From: an uncultured Pseudomonadales bacterium
Lineage (GTDB): Bacteria; Patescibacteriota; Microgenomatia; UBA1400; UBA1449
Assembly: GCA_964386355.1 (NCBI GenBank)
Contig: CAYLQQ010000003.1
Location: forward strand, 69,880-133,879
Direction: 5' to 3'
Length of the DNA: 64,000 nucleotides
Numbering within the stretch: position 1 is the stretch's first letter; the number at the start of each line of letters is the position of its first letter. The notes under the pieces are model-generated. The model was not told where the DNA came from. It saw only the letters and a program-made list of their open reading frames with translations, and did no database searches. The translations under genes were made by a program, and so were the position numbers. Below are positions 28,093 to 36,357 of this stretch, piece after piece.

Positions 28093-28123
28093 GTTTTTTA
28101 ATGGATATAGAATTGAGAAAATC

Positions 28124-28810
28124 TTATAGATTTATACTTTTGGCTGCAAATTCTTTTTCTATGGAAATTTTCAAATCATTGAGAAGATATGGAAGGTGAG
28201 ACTTACCAATCTCAGTTTTTACTCTTTTCGGAAACATCTCTCTGAATTCTCCATACACTCGTAGCCACTCTGAGGGTTGGTATTTCTCCTTTAAATGGTC
28301 AATCGTCAACTTACTTAAATTGTCTGCATCAACAATAATTGCCTCGTCGTCAGTATTTGAAGCGTGTTCGTCAGCTGCATGGATAAGACGATTGATGGTT
28401 TTTATGTCCTTTGGCAAGTATTTTAATTTTTTTAAAAAGTTGATTGTGAATTTTTTCGAATTATCGTTAGCTTGTCTCTCAAATTGTAGGAGTTCGTCAA
28501 AAGTAATTTTCTTATCGCTAGACAAAACATCTCTCCAGCCAATATCGTGGATATATGCTGCGCTAATGAGAAGGGGCAAATAATCCCTTCCTTTTCCTAG
28601 TTTTTTCACCCACTCTACGACTCGCCTGGCATGGTTCCAATCGCCAGGACGACATCGTGAAATTTCTTTCTCAGCTTTTGATTTAAAAATGTCTTCATTA
28701 AAATTCATATCATTTGGATAATTTTGACTGGCGGAGGGGGCGAGATTTCCATTCGTCTCACTTCGTTCGCTCAGGATAGCCACGTGCTTTGCACTTGGTT
28801 GACTTCTCAT
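28124..28810 (-). CDS. HD-domain phosphohydrolase; start trimmed because the listed ORF overlaps tRNA-Ser(CGA)
   Basis: AAYIHDIGW and ADEH-type HD motifs. Upstream in-frame Met codons are at about 28708 and 28810; the start is uncertain. Confidence 0.45.
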   Translation of the reverse strand: MRSQPSAKHVAILSERSETNGNLAPSASQNYPNDMNFNEDIFKSKAEKEISRCRPGDWNHARRVVEWVKKLGKGRDYLPLLISAAYIHDIGWRDVLSSDKKITFDELLQFERQANDNSKKFTINFLKKLKYLPKDIKTINRLIHAADEHASNTDDEAIIVDADNLSKLTIDHLKEKYQPSEWLRVYGEFREMFPKRVKTEIGKSHLPYLLNDLKISIEKEFAAKSINL

Positions 28811-28864
28811 CTCGCCTTCATTGAAAAGAAAGAATCGGCATTTGAGCCGACTTTTTCTTTTCAG

Positions 28865-28953
28865 CGGAAGGGGCGAGATTCGAACTCGCGATATACCTTG
28901 CGGCATATGCCGATTTTCGAAATCGGTGCACTCGACCTCTATGCGACCCTTCC
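28865..28953 (-). tRNA. tRNA-Ser (anticodon CGA), class II
   Basis: Reverse complement GGAAGGGTCGCATAGAGGTCGAGTGCACCGATTTCGAAAATCGG...GCGAGTTCGAATCTCGCCCCTTCCG. Anticodon loop TTCGAAA. Confidence 0.85.
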
Positions 28954-29018
28954 AGATATTCAATTTTCCGAACTTTTCTATCAAACAATCGGATTTGACC
29001 ACGGTGCGACCCTTCCAG
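28954..29018. repeat. 49-bp spacer plus a 16-nt duplicate of the tRNA-Ser 5' end (ggtgcgacccttccag), immediately upstream of the tRNA-Ser(CGA) 5' end. Same unit as 25203-25265
   Basis: agatattcaattttccgaacttttctatcaaacaatcggatttgaccac ggtgcgacccttccag. Confidence 0.5.
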
Positions 29019-29162
29019 TATTCATGTATGTTTTTTTCTTTATTAACGCCAATTTTTACATGCCCTTGTTTTTGTTCCTCGCACTGCTTTTCAATCTGGT
29101 GTGACCATTCAATAACACTGGTATTATCTCACACAATCTTAAAAAGGGAGAATTTATGCAGA

Positions 29163-29549
29163 CTATGAGTTGTTACTTATAGACTTTTCGCCATACAGGA
29201 GGCGTGTTTTCATATCCATGTACTCTTTTAAGCCAACAATAGCAATGATTAGACTACTGATCGACAAACTTATGCCAATTACAAGCGAAAAAGTATCAGT
29301 AGAAAATAGTTTTATTACACTGACTCCGGAACCCATCAACATAAGAGATGTACGCACATAAGCTAGGAACGTACGCTTATTTGCCATCCGGGTTCTGTCG
29401 ATAGCTAAGTAATCTCTTAAGATTAGATTGTCTTGGGTGTTTTCACTTTCTGAGTTAGACATACTAGGGTGATTGTAAAGGCATAGACACGGCCATTTCA
29501 ATCCTAAATCTCTTGTCTCATGATATATAATATGTGGAACTGTAATCAT
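29163..29549 (-). CDS. DUF202/YidH-family small membrane protein
   Basis: RDYLAIDRTRMANKRTFLAYVRTSLML motif followed by three TM helices. Confidence 0.6.
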   Translation of the reverse strand: MITVPHIIYHETRDLGLKWPCLCLYNHPSMSNSESENTQDNLILRDYLAIDRTRMANKRTFLAYVRTSLMLMGSGVSVIKLFSTDTFSLVIGISLSISSLIIAIVGLKEYMDMKTRLLYGEKSISNNS

Positions 29550-29568
29550 ATATTATTAGATTAGCAAT

Positions 29569-29640
29569 GCTCTCATAGTTCAATGGATAGAATGTGGGTT
29601 TCCGGAACCTAAGATGCTGGTTCGATTCCAGCTGGGAGCA
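29569..29640 (+). tRNA. tRNA-Arg (anticodon CCG)
   Basis: GCTCTCA-TA-GTTC-AATGGATA-GAAT-G-TGGGT-TTCCGGA-ACCTA-AGAT-GCTGG-TTCGATT-CCAGC-TGGGAGC-A. Confidence 0.85.
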
Positions 29641-29671
29641 CTTTTGTAAAATAATATATAATTAAGTACCT

Positions 29672-30397
29672 ATGGACATTTTTGCAGTTTCGCAGTTCAA
29701 GTTTCCCTACCTTGACCTCAAATTTCCCGGCCAACACAGTGAAGAGCGAATTCTGTTTGTGACACGGGAAGGTTTGATTGTGCTTCGGGCTAAACTCGTT
29801 GCAGCTTTCACTGTACTTACTCTTGCTATGATTCTTGGTATTACTATTCTCTCAAGCTTCTCAATACTCGATTTTACATTTTCAGTTCTTATTCTGCCGT
29901 TTGTGGTTGTGTGGGGATTATTTTTTGTTTTTATTCCCTGGTGGATATATACCGTCTGGCGTAAGACCTTATTTATTGTCACTACGCGTCGTTTGACAAA
30001 ATTTATTCACACAACCCCCTGGTCCAGATATCAAATGTCATTAGGTCTTGATGCTATTTCCGATACAGGTGCCTATCAGAAGGGCTTTTTCCAGATACTG
30101 TTTGGCTTGGGCTATTTTGTAGCCCGTTCTCCCGCTGGGGCTGTTAAAAATTTTAAAATCATCAATATTGGATTTGCAGAGGACCTGCACAATTACGTCA
30201 ACAAATTACTATTTGTTTTTAACGAAAAAAAGCAAGATATTGACAGGTTTCGTCCATTTATTCCCAGCATGAAAGGTGAAATGCGAGATGAGTATGTCCG
30301 CAAAGTCGCTCCCCAGTATAGTAAGCCCAAACGGGTATTACCTCAGGCAGAAGGAGAGTATCTACCGGGTGATCAAACTAAACAACTTCCTCAATAA
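29672..30397 (+). CDS. Hypothetical membrane protein (four TM)
   Basis: ORF of 241 aa; no motif recognised. Confidence 0.4.
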   Translation: MDIFAVSQFKFPYLDLKFPGQHSEERILFVTREGLIVLRAKLVAAFTVLTLAMILGITILSSFSILDFTFSVLILPFVVVWGLFFVFIPWWIYTVWRKTLFIVTTRRLTKFIHTTPWSRYQMSLGLDAISDTGAYQKGFFQILFGLGYFVARSPAGAVKNFKIINIGFAEDLHNYVNKLLFVFNEKKQDIDRFRPFIPSMKGEMRDEYVRKVAPQYSKPKRVLPQAEGEYLPGDQTKQLPQ

Positions 30398-30398
30398 T

Positions 30399-30923
30399 AT
30401 GGACACAAGGGAAGAATTTTCTGCTGGTGGTGTAGTATACGCGTACCAACAACCAACAACCAACAACCAACAACCTATTTTTCTTCTGGGTAAACATTCT
30501 GGGTATCATAAGTGGGTTTTACCGAAAGGGTTAATCGAGCAAGGTGAAAAACCAGAAGAAACAGCTGTGCGGGAAACGGAAGAGGAGATGGGGGTGGTAG
30601 CAAAACTGGCAAAACCTGATCCTATACATATAGAAAGATACTCCTACACTGCTGACTATAAAATACCCCTGGATATTTCACTGCAGACATCACAAAGCTC
30701 ACGGAGAGTAAAGAACTATCAGGAAACTGGTGGAAGTGGAGTGTTAGTCAATAAAACAGTTACGTTATATCTTATGGAGTGGGTGAGCGGTGATCCCCAA
30801 AAAGATCATGGTTGGGAAATGGAAGAAGCAGGATGGTTTGACTACAAAACCAGTCTTGAGATGATGGGGTTTGAGGGGGAGAAGAAAGCACTAGAGAAAG
30901 CAATGGAAATTCTTTTAAAATAA
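30399..30923 (+). CDS. NUDIX hydrolase
   Basis: Nudix box GLIEQGEKPEETAVRETEEEMGV. The start is placed at the ATG at 30399 (MDTREEF), immediately after the upstream gene's stop. Confidence 0.75.
   Translation: MDTREEFSAGGVVYAYQQPTTNNQQPIFLLGKHSGYHKWVLPKGLIEQGEKPEETAVRETEEEMGVVAKLAKPDPIHIERYSYTADYKIPLDISLQTSQSSRRVKNYQETGGSGVLVNKTVTLYLMEWVSGDPQKDHGWEMEEAGWFDYKTSLEMMGFEGEKKALEKAMEILLK
30448..30475. repeat. Heptanucleotide tandem repeat (AACAACC)x4 inside the NUDIX coding sequence (encodes QQPTTNNQQP)
   Basis: Read directly: aacaacc x4, preceded by a partial acc. Confidence 0.85.
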
Positions 30924-31149
30924 AGACTTACCCTTTTTGGTGATAGACGATAAAATACCACCTGAAGCATAAAAGTAAATTGAGCTTTATTTCCCAGACT
31001 ACATGCTTCATAATTCGGTATCTTAATAGGAGGAGTCGCCCCGCGCCAAATCATATTTCAATATGATATGGCCGTCCCGCGAAGTGAAACGAAGCGGGAT
31101 AGTGGTCAAATATGTTTGTTTGATAGTTGAGTAAGTAAAATAAAAACCT

Positions 31150-31237
31150 GGAGGAGTCGCCTAGTGGTTCATGGCGCACGCCTGGAAAGCGTGTATGCTT
31201 CGTGCATTCGCGAGTTCGAATCTCGCCTCCTCCGCCA
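31150..31237 (+). tRNA. tRNA-Ser (anticodon GGA), class II, with CCA encoded
   Basis: GGAGGAG-TC-GCC-TAGTGGTTCAT-GGC-GCACGC-CTGGAAA-GCGTG-(long variable arm)-GCGAG-TTCGAAT-CTCGC-CTCCTCC-G-CCA. Confidence 0.85.
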
Positions 31238-32716
31238 TTCTAAAATATCAGTATTTTTTGGTAAGTCTTTGAGGTAGTCGTAAGGCTTTTTGTATTGTAC
31301 CTTCTGTATTTTCCCATCAGCTATCTCACAGTTCCAAAGTAAGAAATCAAGCAGTTCTTTCTTAACCTGTTTGTTTCCCTTTTTAAACTCAGAATGCAGG
31401 CTAATACAACGTTTTTTAATCTTTTCCAAAAGTTCCAAAGTTTTAGTGGGGTTGGGTGGTGTGTACTTGCTCAGAGCAATCTCGAGGTTGGTTTTCTCCT
31501 CCATTAAGGCTTTCCGTTTCTCCTGGTAGGTCTGTTCATCGAGGCTGTTCTCTAGAAGTAGGTCGAGTAGCCGGTTCAGCTTCTTCTGAATACCGGAGAG
31601 CTCCTGCTGCATCAGCTTGGCTCCATTGAGCTTGTCCTGTTCCCGAACCATTCTATCCTCCATATAGAGCTTGAGTGATAGCGAGGCTAAGTCACCTGGT
31701 AAGGAGGACTGCTTCATCAGACTTTGCAGCAAATCCTGTACCCCCGGCTCATCAAGGTAATCCCGATGCTGGGAACACACCCCTTTTCCGTTAGTGCAGT
31801 AGTAATACACATAGCGCCCTTTTTTAAGGCTAGCGGTTAGCTTGCATCCACACACAGCACATGATAGATACCCACGGTAGAGGAAGTTGTGAGTTTGTTT
31901 CTTGCTTCGGTTAGTCCCATTTAAAACAGTTTGAACTCTATCCCAAAGAGTTTTACTGACTGCTGGTTTGTGTTTACCTTTGTAAAGGATATCGTTTCTT
32001 AGAATTGCTCCATAATAGAATGGGTTTCTCAGACACTTGTGTAAAACCGACTTATGGACTTTTTTATTGCCTAATCTGGTACGTAATCCATCTTTGTACA
32101 GGATAGAAGCAACCTGTTTAAGAGAGTATTCACCTGTTGAGAATAATCTAAACAGCTTTTGAATGTACGTAAATCGCAGAGGATCAGGCACGATCTCTTT
32201 AGTTTCTTTATCGTTTAGGTAACCGATGTATGCCATACCCGGATAGCCGCCTTTTAGAAGTTTGGTTTCATTCCCATGCTTAACCTTGACTGAAAGTTCC
32301 CGGGAATAGTTTGAGGCAAACAGGAAATCAAATCCCATATAGAGTAAATCTTGAACTGATGAATAGATACGGTTAGGAGTTCTGATCTCTTTAAGTTTCC
32401 CTTGTTCGATGAGCTTGGCTATCTTTCCGGCCTCAATCCAGTTTCGACTTAACCTATCCAGGTGAACAGCCAGAATAGCATTGACCTCGCCTGATTCAAT
32501 ACGCTTAAGCATAGATGAGAATTGTGGGCGGTTGTTGTCATCTTTGGCACTGCGAGCTTCCTTAAGGACATCAATCACATTGAGGCCATCTCTGTCAGCT
32601 TGCTCAAGGTTAAGACGTTGCTGGGTTTCCAGTGATTGGATTTGCTTGGTATTTTCATCAGAGGACTTACGACAATAAGCTATATAGCGAAGAGAAGAAT
32701 TATTCATCATGAGCAT
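31169..32716 (-). CDS. Large serine recombinase (resolvase catalytic domain + recombinase domain + zinc ribbon + coiled-coil); its C-terminal codons overlap tRNA-Ser(GGA)
   Basis: RYIAYCRKSSDENTKQIQSLETQ (catalytic Ser), LDRLSRN, and CAVCGCKL...CTNGKGVC zinc ribbon. The start is probably at the MLMM Met cluster (32707-32716); the listed ORF begins at 32776. Confidence 0.75.
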   Translation of the reverse strand: MLMMNNSSLRYIAYCRKSSDENTKQIQSLETQQRLNLEQADRDGLNVIDVLKEARSAKDDNNRPQFSSMLKRIESGEVNAILAVHLDRLSRNWIEAGKIAKLIEQGKLKEIRTPNRIYSSVQDLLYMGFDFLFASNYSRELSVKVKHGNETKLLKGGYPGMAYIGYLNDKETKEIVPDPLRFTYIQKLFRLFSTGEYSLKQVASILYKDGLRTRLGNKKVHKSVLHKCLRNPFYYGAILRNDILYKGKHKPAVSKTLWDRVQTVLNGTNRSKKQTHNFLYRGYLSCAVCGCKLTASLKKGRYVYYYCTNGKGVCSQHRDYLDEPGVQDLLQSLMKQSSLPGDLASLSLKLYMEDRMVREQDKLNGAKLMQQELSGIQKKLNRLLDLLLENSLDEQTYQEKRKALMEEKTNLEIALSKYTPPNPTKTLELLEKIKKRCISLHSEFKKGNKQVKKELLDFLLWNCEIADGKIQKVQYKKPYDYLKDLPKNTDILEWRRRRDSNSRMHEAYTLSRRAP

Positions 32717-33641
32717 CACTCTTTCCGGCAGGCGGATTGTGGTAGCCATTATACTCAAAAAAATATACTTGACCATTCCTCTTACTTACAAACTTGCTAT
32801 TAAACGTAGATTCAATACCATGAGCACCCAACTCATCAAGAATATACTCAGCCTCATCAGAATAATATATTTTAGGTCTATCCAGATTACGGGAAGTAGC
32901 ATAACTACGATGTCCAACAAGTCTTTTGTCTAGAGCATTTTTAATCATGTACTTAGCCAAGTATTGTCCAACATGATCCAAGGTATACACTCGTTCAATT
33001 TTAATAAATCCGAATCCCCAGTATTGCGCAATGGTTTCTTTATCGAGAAAGGGAAAGTCTACCACAAGGTGATAGTGAACTGCTCCTCGTTTTTGAAACT
33101 CAACTACCCAGACATACTTAAACTTCCCATACTGTTTACGCATAGCTTTTAGGAAAGCTCCCATCTTGTCATGACAGACCTCAACATTGGTAATATCAAA
33201 ACTGTTGTGATCATTTAGAGTAAGCGTGAGAAACTTGGTGTGTGGATTGTCTCCAAAATTACCCTGCACAAGGCGTATTAGGTTGTTTGTAGCTCTGACT
33301 GCTGTACGTTTTCGGTACTCTTTACTCCTCTTTGTTTTTCGCTTAAATGGATCTTCAAAGGGTTTTCGCTTCTTAATCTCTTTAATTCGTATCGTTAAGG
33401 GAAACTCATATCGATAGTATTGGATTAAATTATTAATCTTAATTATTTTAATATTTGTCTGTTTGTAGGTGGGAGAGGTATCAAATTTTTCCTGTGCTTT
33501 ATATATGAGTTTTAGTGCTTCATTCCGTTTTGTGACGTTACTATCAAGTAGAGAAGGTGGGAACTGCCTGGGAGCAGTGGTATCCCGACTACCGTCGGGA
33601 TACAAGTGGCGCTCTAATAGTTTTTCTTTAGCCTTATTCAT
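32700..33641 (-). CDS. Rolling-circle replication initiator (HUH endonuclease Rep)
   Basis: Motif I FLTLTL, motif II AVHYHLVV (HUH), and motif III YLAKYMIKN (Y..K). Confidence 0.7.
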   Translation of the reverse strand: MNKAKEKLLERHLYPDGSRDTTAPRQFPPSLLDSNVTKRNEALKLIYKAQEKFDTSPTYKQTNIKIIKINNLIQYYRYEFPLTIRIKEIKKRKPFEDPFKRKTKRSKEYRKRTAVRATNNLIRLVQGNFGDNPHTKFLTLTLNDHNSFDITNVEVCHDKMGAFLKAMRKQYGKFKYVWVVEFQKRGAVHYHLVVDFPFLDKETIAQYWGFGFIKIERVYTLDHVGQYLAKYMIKNALDKRLVGHRSYATSRNLDRPKIYYSDEAEYILDELGAHGIESTFNSKFVSKRNGQVYFFEYNGYHNPPAGKSDAHDE

Positions 33642-33887
33642 ACACCTCCGTTTCCGGTGTATGGTTTAGGTACAAGGCTTTGCCTAAGTGAATGAGGGAT
33701 AACCTAATCTCAAGAAGATCATCGGAAGGTATAGTGATACCGAACGTATTTTGGAAGTATTCCTGTATTTGCTGGTACTGGGTTTCTTCAAGGGACTTGA
33801 CTTGCTTCATATAGCCAGACTAGGCTACGAAGCACAATTACATCAGGGATAAAGCGGGGGATATTTTACGGGGTATATTGTGGGAGA

Positions 33888-34628
33888 TTATGAAATATCA
33901 ATCAATTTATACCCCTCGGAACGGATGGCTACTATACTGTCCATGACCTTAGTTACATCATCTTTTCCAACGCCTGATTCCTTTAACCTTCTGCCAAACC
34001 TCTTTTTAATATCACGAATCAGATCTTGTGCTTGGCTTACATCTAAACCCTTTGTGGATACATTTAAGTTAAGGTAGCTAACAAAATCAATGTAGTTGAT
34101 TACTTTGCCTTTATGTTGAAACAAGTGCATAAAAAATCTAAATTCTCGATTATTAACGTTGATAGTTTTTGATTGGTTGCCTGTATACTGAAATGTAGCT
34201 CTGGTTAAATTGATGGTGATTGGGCCGTGAACATACAATAAATCATCCACACCTCTTATATTAGGTTTTACCAAATGTAATGTGTTATCTTTTTGAGCAG
34301 TTAACTCAGCTAGATCTCTGTCAATTTCCCTAAACGTATGTTCTAGATCATAGGGAAGCGGATAGATATGAGGAATAGTAGAAGCCAAATACTGTAAGTC
34401 CTCTTCAAACGTCTGCTTTGTGGAGTTCCAGTCTTTGATGTGTTCATCAGCTTTGTTAAATAACGAGGGGAAGCTTTTTAATCCCATGATTGGTAATTGA
34501 CGAAACTCAGGACGAATATCAATCACGGTAAATGGCTGTATTATCTGCTGGTATAGATCATCTAATAAATGAGAGGGAAAAATATACTGGTGAGATTGTT
34601 CTGAATATTCACTGTACACACAATCCAA
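33888..34628 (-). CDS. Hypothetical protein with a C-terminal OmpR/PhoB-like winged-helix DNA-binding domain
   Basis: C-terminus ...IRDIKKRFGRR...VMDSIVAIRSEGYKLI resembles trans_reg_C. Confidence 0.35.
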   Translation of the reverse strand: MDCVYSEYSEQSHQYIFPSHLLDDLYQQIIQPFTVIDIRPEFRQLPIMGLKSFPSLFNKADEHIKDWNSTKQTFEEDLQYLASTIPHIYPLPYDLEHTFREIDRDLAELTAQKDNTLHLVKPNIRGVDDLLYVHGPITINLTRATFQYTGNQSKTINVNNREFRFFMHLFQHKGKVINYIDFVSYLNLNVSTKGLDVSQAQDLIRDIKKRFGRRLKESGVGKDDVTKVMDSIVAIRSEGYKLIDIS

Positions 34629-34894
34629 AATCTCGAAAGCCTTTTGATAGAGGACATAATGGTAATACCTGACAGCTTTAAGGTAAAAGGTTTTAGTAGC
34701 TGGGGTTTTGCAATGACGGGGGTATACTCAAGCGGTAATTCATCCCATTCTGAGCTGTTCTTATCAAAGAGACTTAGAAATGTTTCAATAGCTGGAGCAA
34801 AGAAGTTGAGAACCTTATCTTGAAATAATGTTTTAATGTCATCAGTTAGCTTATTCATAAAAAATGTTCGTAATATTGACCAGTAGTATATCAC
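34562..34894 (-). CDS. Hypothetical protein
   Basis: ORF of 110 aa within the element. Confidence 0.25.
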   Translation of the reverse strand: MIYYWSILRTFFMNKLTDDIKTLFQDKVLNFFAPAIETFLSLFDKNSSEWDELPLEYTPVIAKPQLLKPFTLKLSGITIMSSIKRLSRFWIVCTVNIQNNLTSIFFPLIY

Positions 34895-34900
34895 CTCATA

Positions 34901-34928
34901 AAAAGCCTCCGGTTTAGGAGGCTTTTAT
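34901..34928. terminator. Bidirectional rho-independent terminator
   Basis: AAAA-GCCTCC-ggttta-GGAGGC-TTTTAT. Confidence 0.5.
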
Positions 34929-34947
34929 ATTAATCTTTTAAAAAATA

Positions 34948-35616
34948 TTATATTTCTGAACCAATATCTTTATACTCATTAACCGGAGTTGGGACCGGAC
35001 TACTATCTGGTTTTTCTGCAGTACTAGCTCTATGTTCATTAAAGGCTTTATCAATAACAACGCAAGCATCTTTATACGGTAAAGAGGCATAAGAATATTC
35101 AGGTTTAAATCCAATACCTTGACCATAATTACCCACTCTTACTTCGTAAGTAATTCCACCGGGCAAAGAAATATCTACCTGAGGTTCTCTTCCTATACTA
35201 TTACTATTTGGACGGTAGTACTCTGCATCAGCCTGTTGTTTTGCTGCCTGAGCCTTTAATTGAAAGTTGTCTTCACCCCCAACTAACGCATATATTTGTT
35301 CTTTTGTCAAAGAATTCACTCCAAAAGTATATTTCATTTTATTAGGATCGCGCGGGATATGAGCTCTATTATCTCTCTTTTCAAAATCCTCCCACTTACT
35401 CTCATCATCAAAAACTGCGCCTACAGCACAAGGTTGCAGACTTAAAGCATAGTCAGCACCACTTCCTGATTGAATGGCATTTTCTAATGCAGAACCAGAC
35501 CAATTTGTTAATAGTTCCTTCCACATTGCAGTCATATTATTAATGAGCCGATCTGCAGTCTCTTTTTTTGTTTCCTCAATAGTCCCTAACTGTTCTGTCG
35601 TTGTAGTTTCAGTCAT
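34948..35616 (-). CDS. Hypothetical protein (element cargo; possible structural protein)
   Basis: ORF of 222 aa; no motif recognised. Confidence 0.35.
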   Translation of the reverse strand: MTETTTTEQLGTIEETKKETADRLINNMTAMWKELLTNWSGSALENAIQSGSGADYALSLQPCAVGAVFDDESKWEDFEKRDNRAHIPRDPNKMKYTFGVNSLTKEQIYALVGGEDNFQLKAQAAKQQADAEYYRPNSNSIGREPQVDISLPGGITYEVRVGNYGQGIGFKPEYSYASLPYKDACVVIDKAFNEHRASTAEKPDSSPVPTPVNEYKDIGSEI

Positions 35617-35881
35617 ATTTCTCCTTAATATTATTAATATTTATTGAGGTAATATTAACATCGCTAGATCTTTTAAATCAAGGTCTAGAAAATAATTTAA
35701 AATTACTTTTTTCCTCTATAAAAGTTCCAACATCGTCCCATCTCCTCCGCCAGGCGAGACAGAATAGTCTTTATGATTACTCTAGTAATCAATTTAAACA
35801 CTCTGTCTTTGTCAGGGGATTTGTTACAATCATTGGGTACAAAGTTAGAATGTATTGAATTAATAGTAAATAACTAGAGTT

Positions 35882-36352
35882 CTAACAATCACCCCTACCT
35901 ATAAGCACTAATGCTTGATCGATTTCCTGTGCTGCAATCCAAGGTTTGAAATTCTTCGGAATATGAAGAAAGGTGTATCGGGATTTAAGTTGTTTTTGGT
36001 TAATAAGCTTCATAATTTCCCAACTGGTTTGATTACAATAAGAATTACCAATTGCTGTGGCATACTTCATACCAAGAGTTGGTTGCAAAAATGGCTGTAT
36101 TTCTGTGGTTATTAAGTGGTCACTTTCTATCAAATTATTCCTAAACTGATTAGTGCATATTGTTTCAATGCGAATTTTTTCCTGATCAACACCAGAATAT
36201 GAACCTAACCCTACAATATATTCCGGCTGGTCATGCAATAGCATATTTAGATAATGATCAAGGTTATTAGGGAAAACCAGATAACAGCAACTCAGTTGCT
36301 TAAGTCTATATAAAATATGGCCAGTACCACCTAAAGCAAATCCATAAATCAT
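35882..36352 (-). CDS. Pyroglutamyl-peptidase I-like (peptidase C15), compact form
   Basis: DQPEYIVGLGSYSG, IGNSYCNQT (Cys nucleophile region) and TFLHIPKN (His) align with the Pcp active-site blocks. Confidence 0.45.
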   Translation of the reverse strand: MIYGFALGGTGHILYRLKQLSCCYLVFPNNLDHYLNMLLHDQPEYIVGLGSYSGVDQEKIRIETICTNQFRNNLIESDHLITTEIQPFLQPTLGMKYATAIGNSYCNQTSWEIMKLINQKQLKSRYTFLHIPKNFKPWIAAQEIDQALVLIGRGDC

Positions 36353-36357
36353 AAAGT

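Larger units (their letters stand above)
31227..35752. mobile_element. Putative integrated element, about 4.5 kb, at the 3' end of tRNA-Ser(GGA), bounded by an 11-bp direct repeat CTCCTCCGCCA. It encodes a large serine recombinase, an HUH rolling-circle Rep, a wHTH protein and two hypothetical proteins
   Basis: The tRNA 3'-terminal 11 nt (31227-31237) recur exactly at 35742-35752. The recombinase ORF runs into the tRNA, and every gene inside is on the opposite strand to the tRNA. Confidence 0.5.

Noticed and set aside
28724-29168. Plus-strand ORFs 28724..29104 and 28821..29168, and the N-terminal extension of the HD-domain ORF to 29002
   Set aside because: They overlap tRNA-Ser(CGA) and the tRNA-fragment repeat, and are translations of tRNA/repeat sequence.
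31169-31237. Treating the recombinase C-terminal 23 codons as spurious because they overlap tRNA-Ser(GGA)
   Set aside because: Not discarded. Integrase and tRNA 3'-end overlaps are common at att sites, so the overlap is kept and flagged rather than trimmed.
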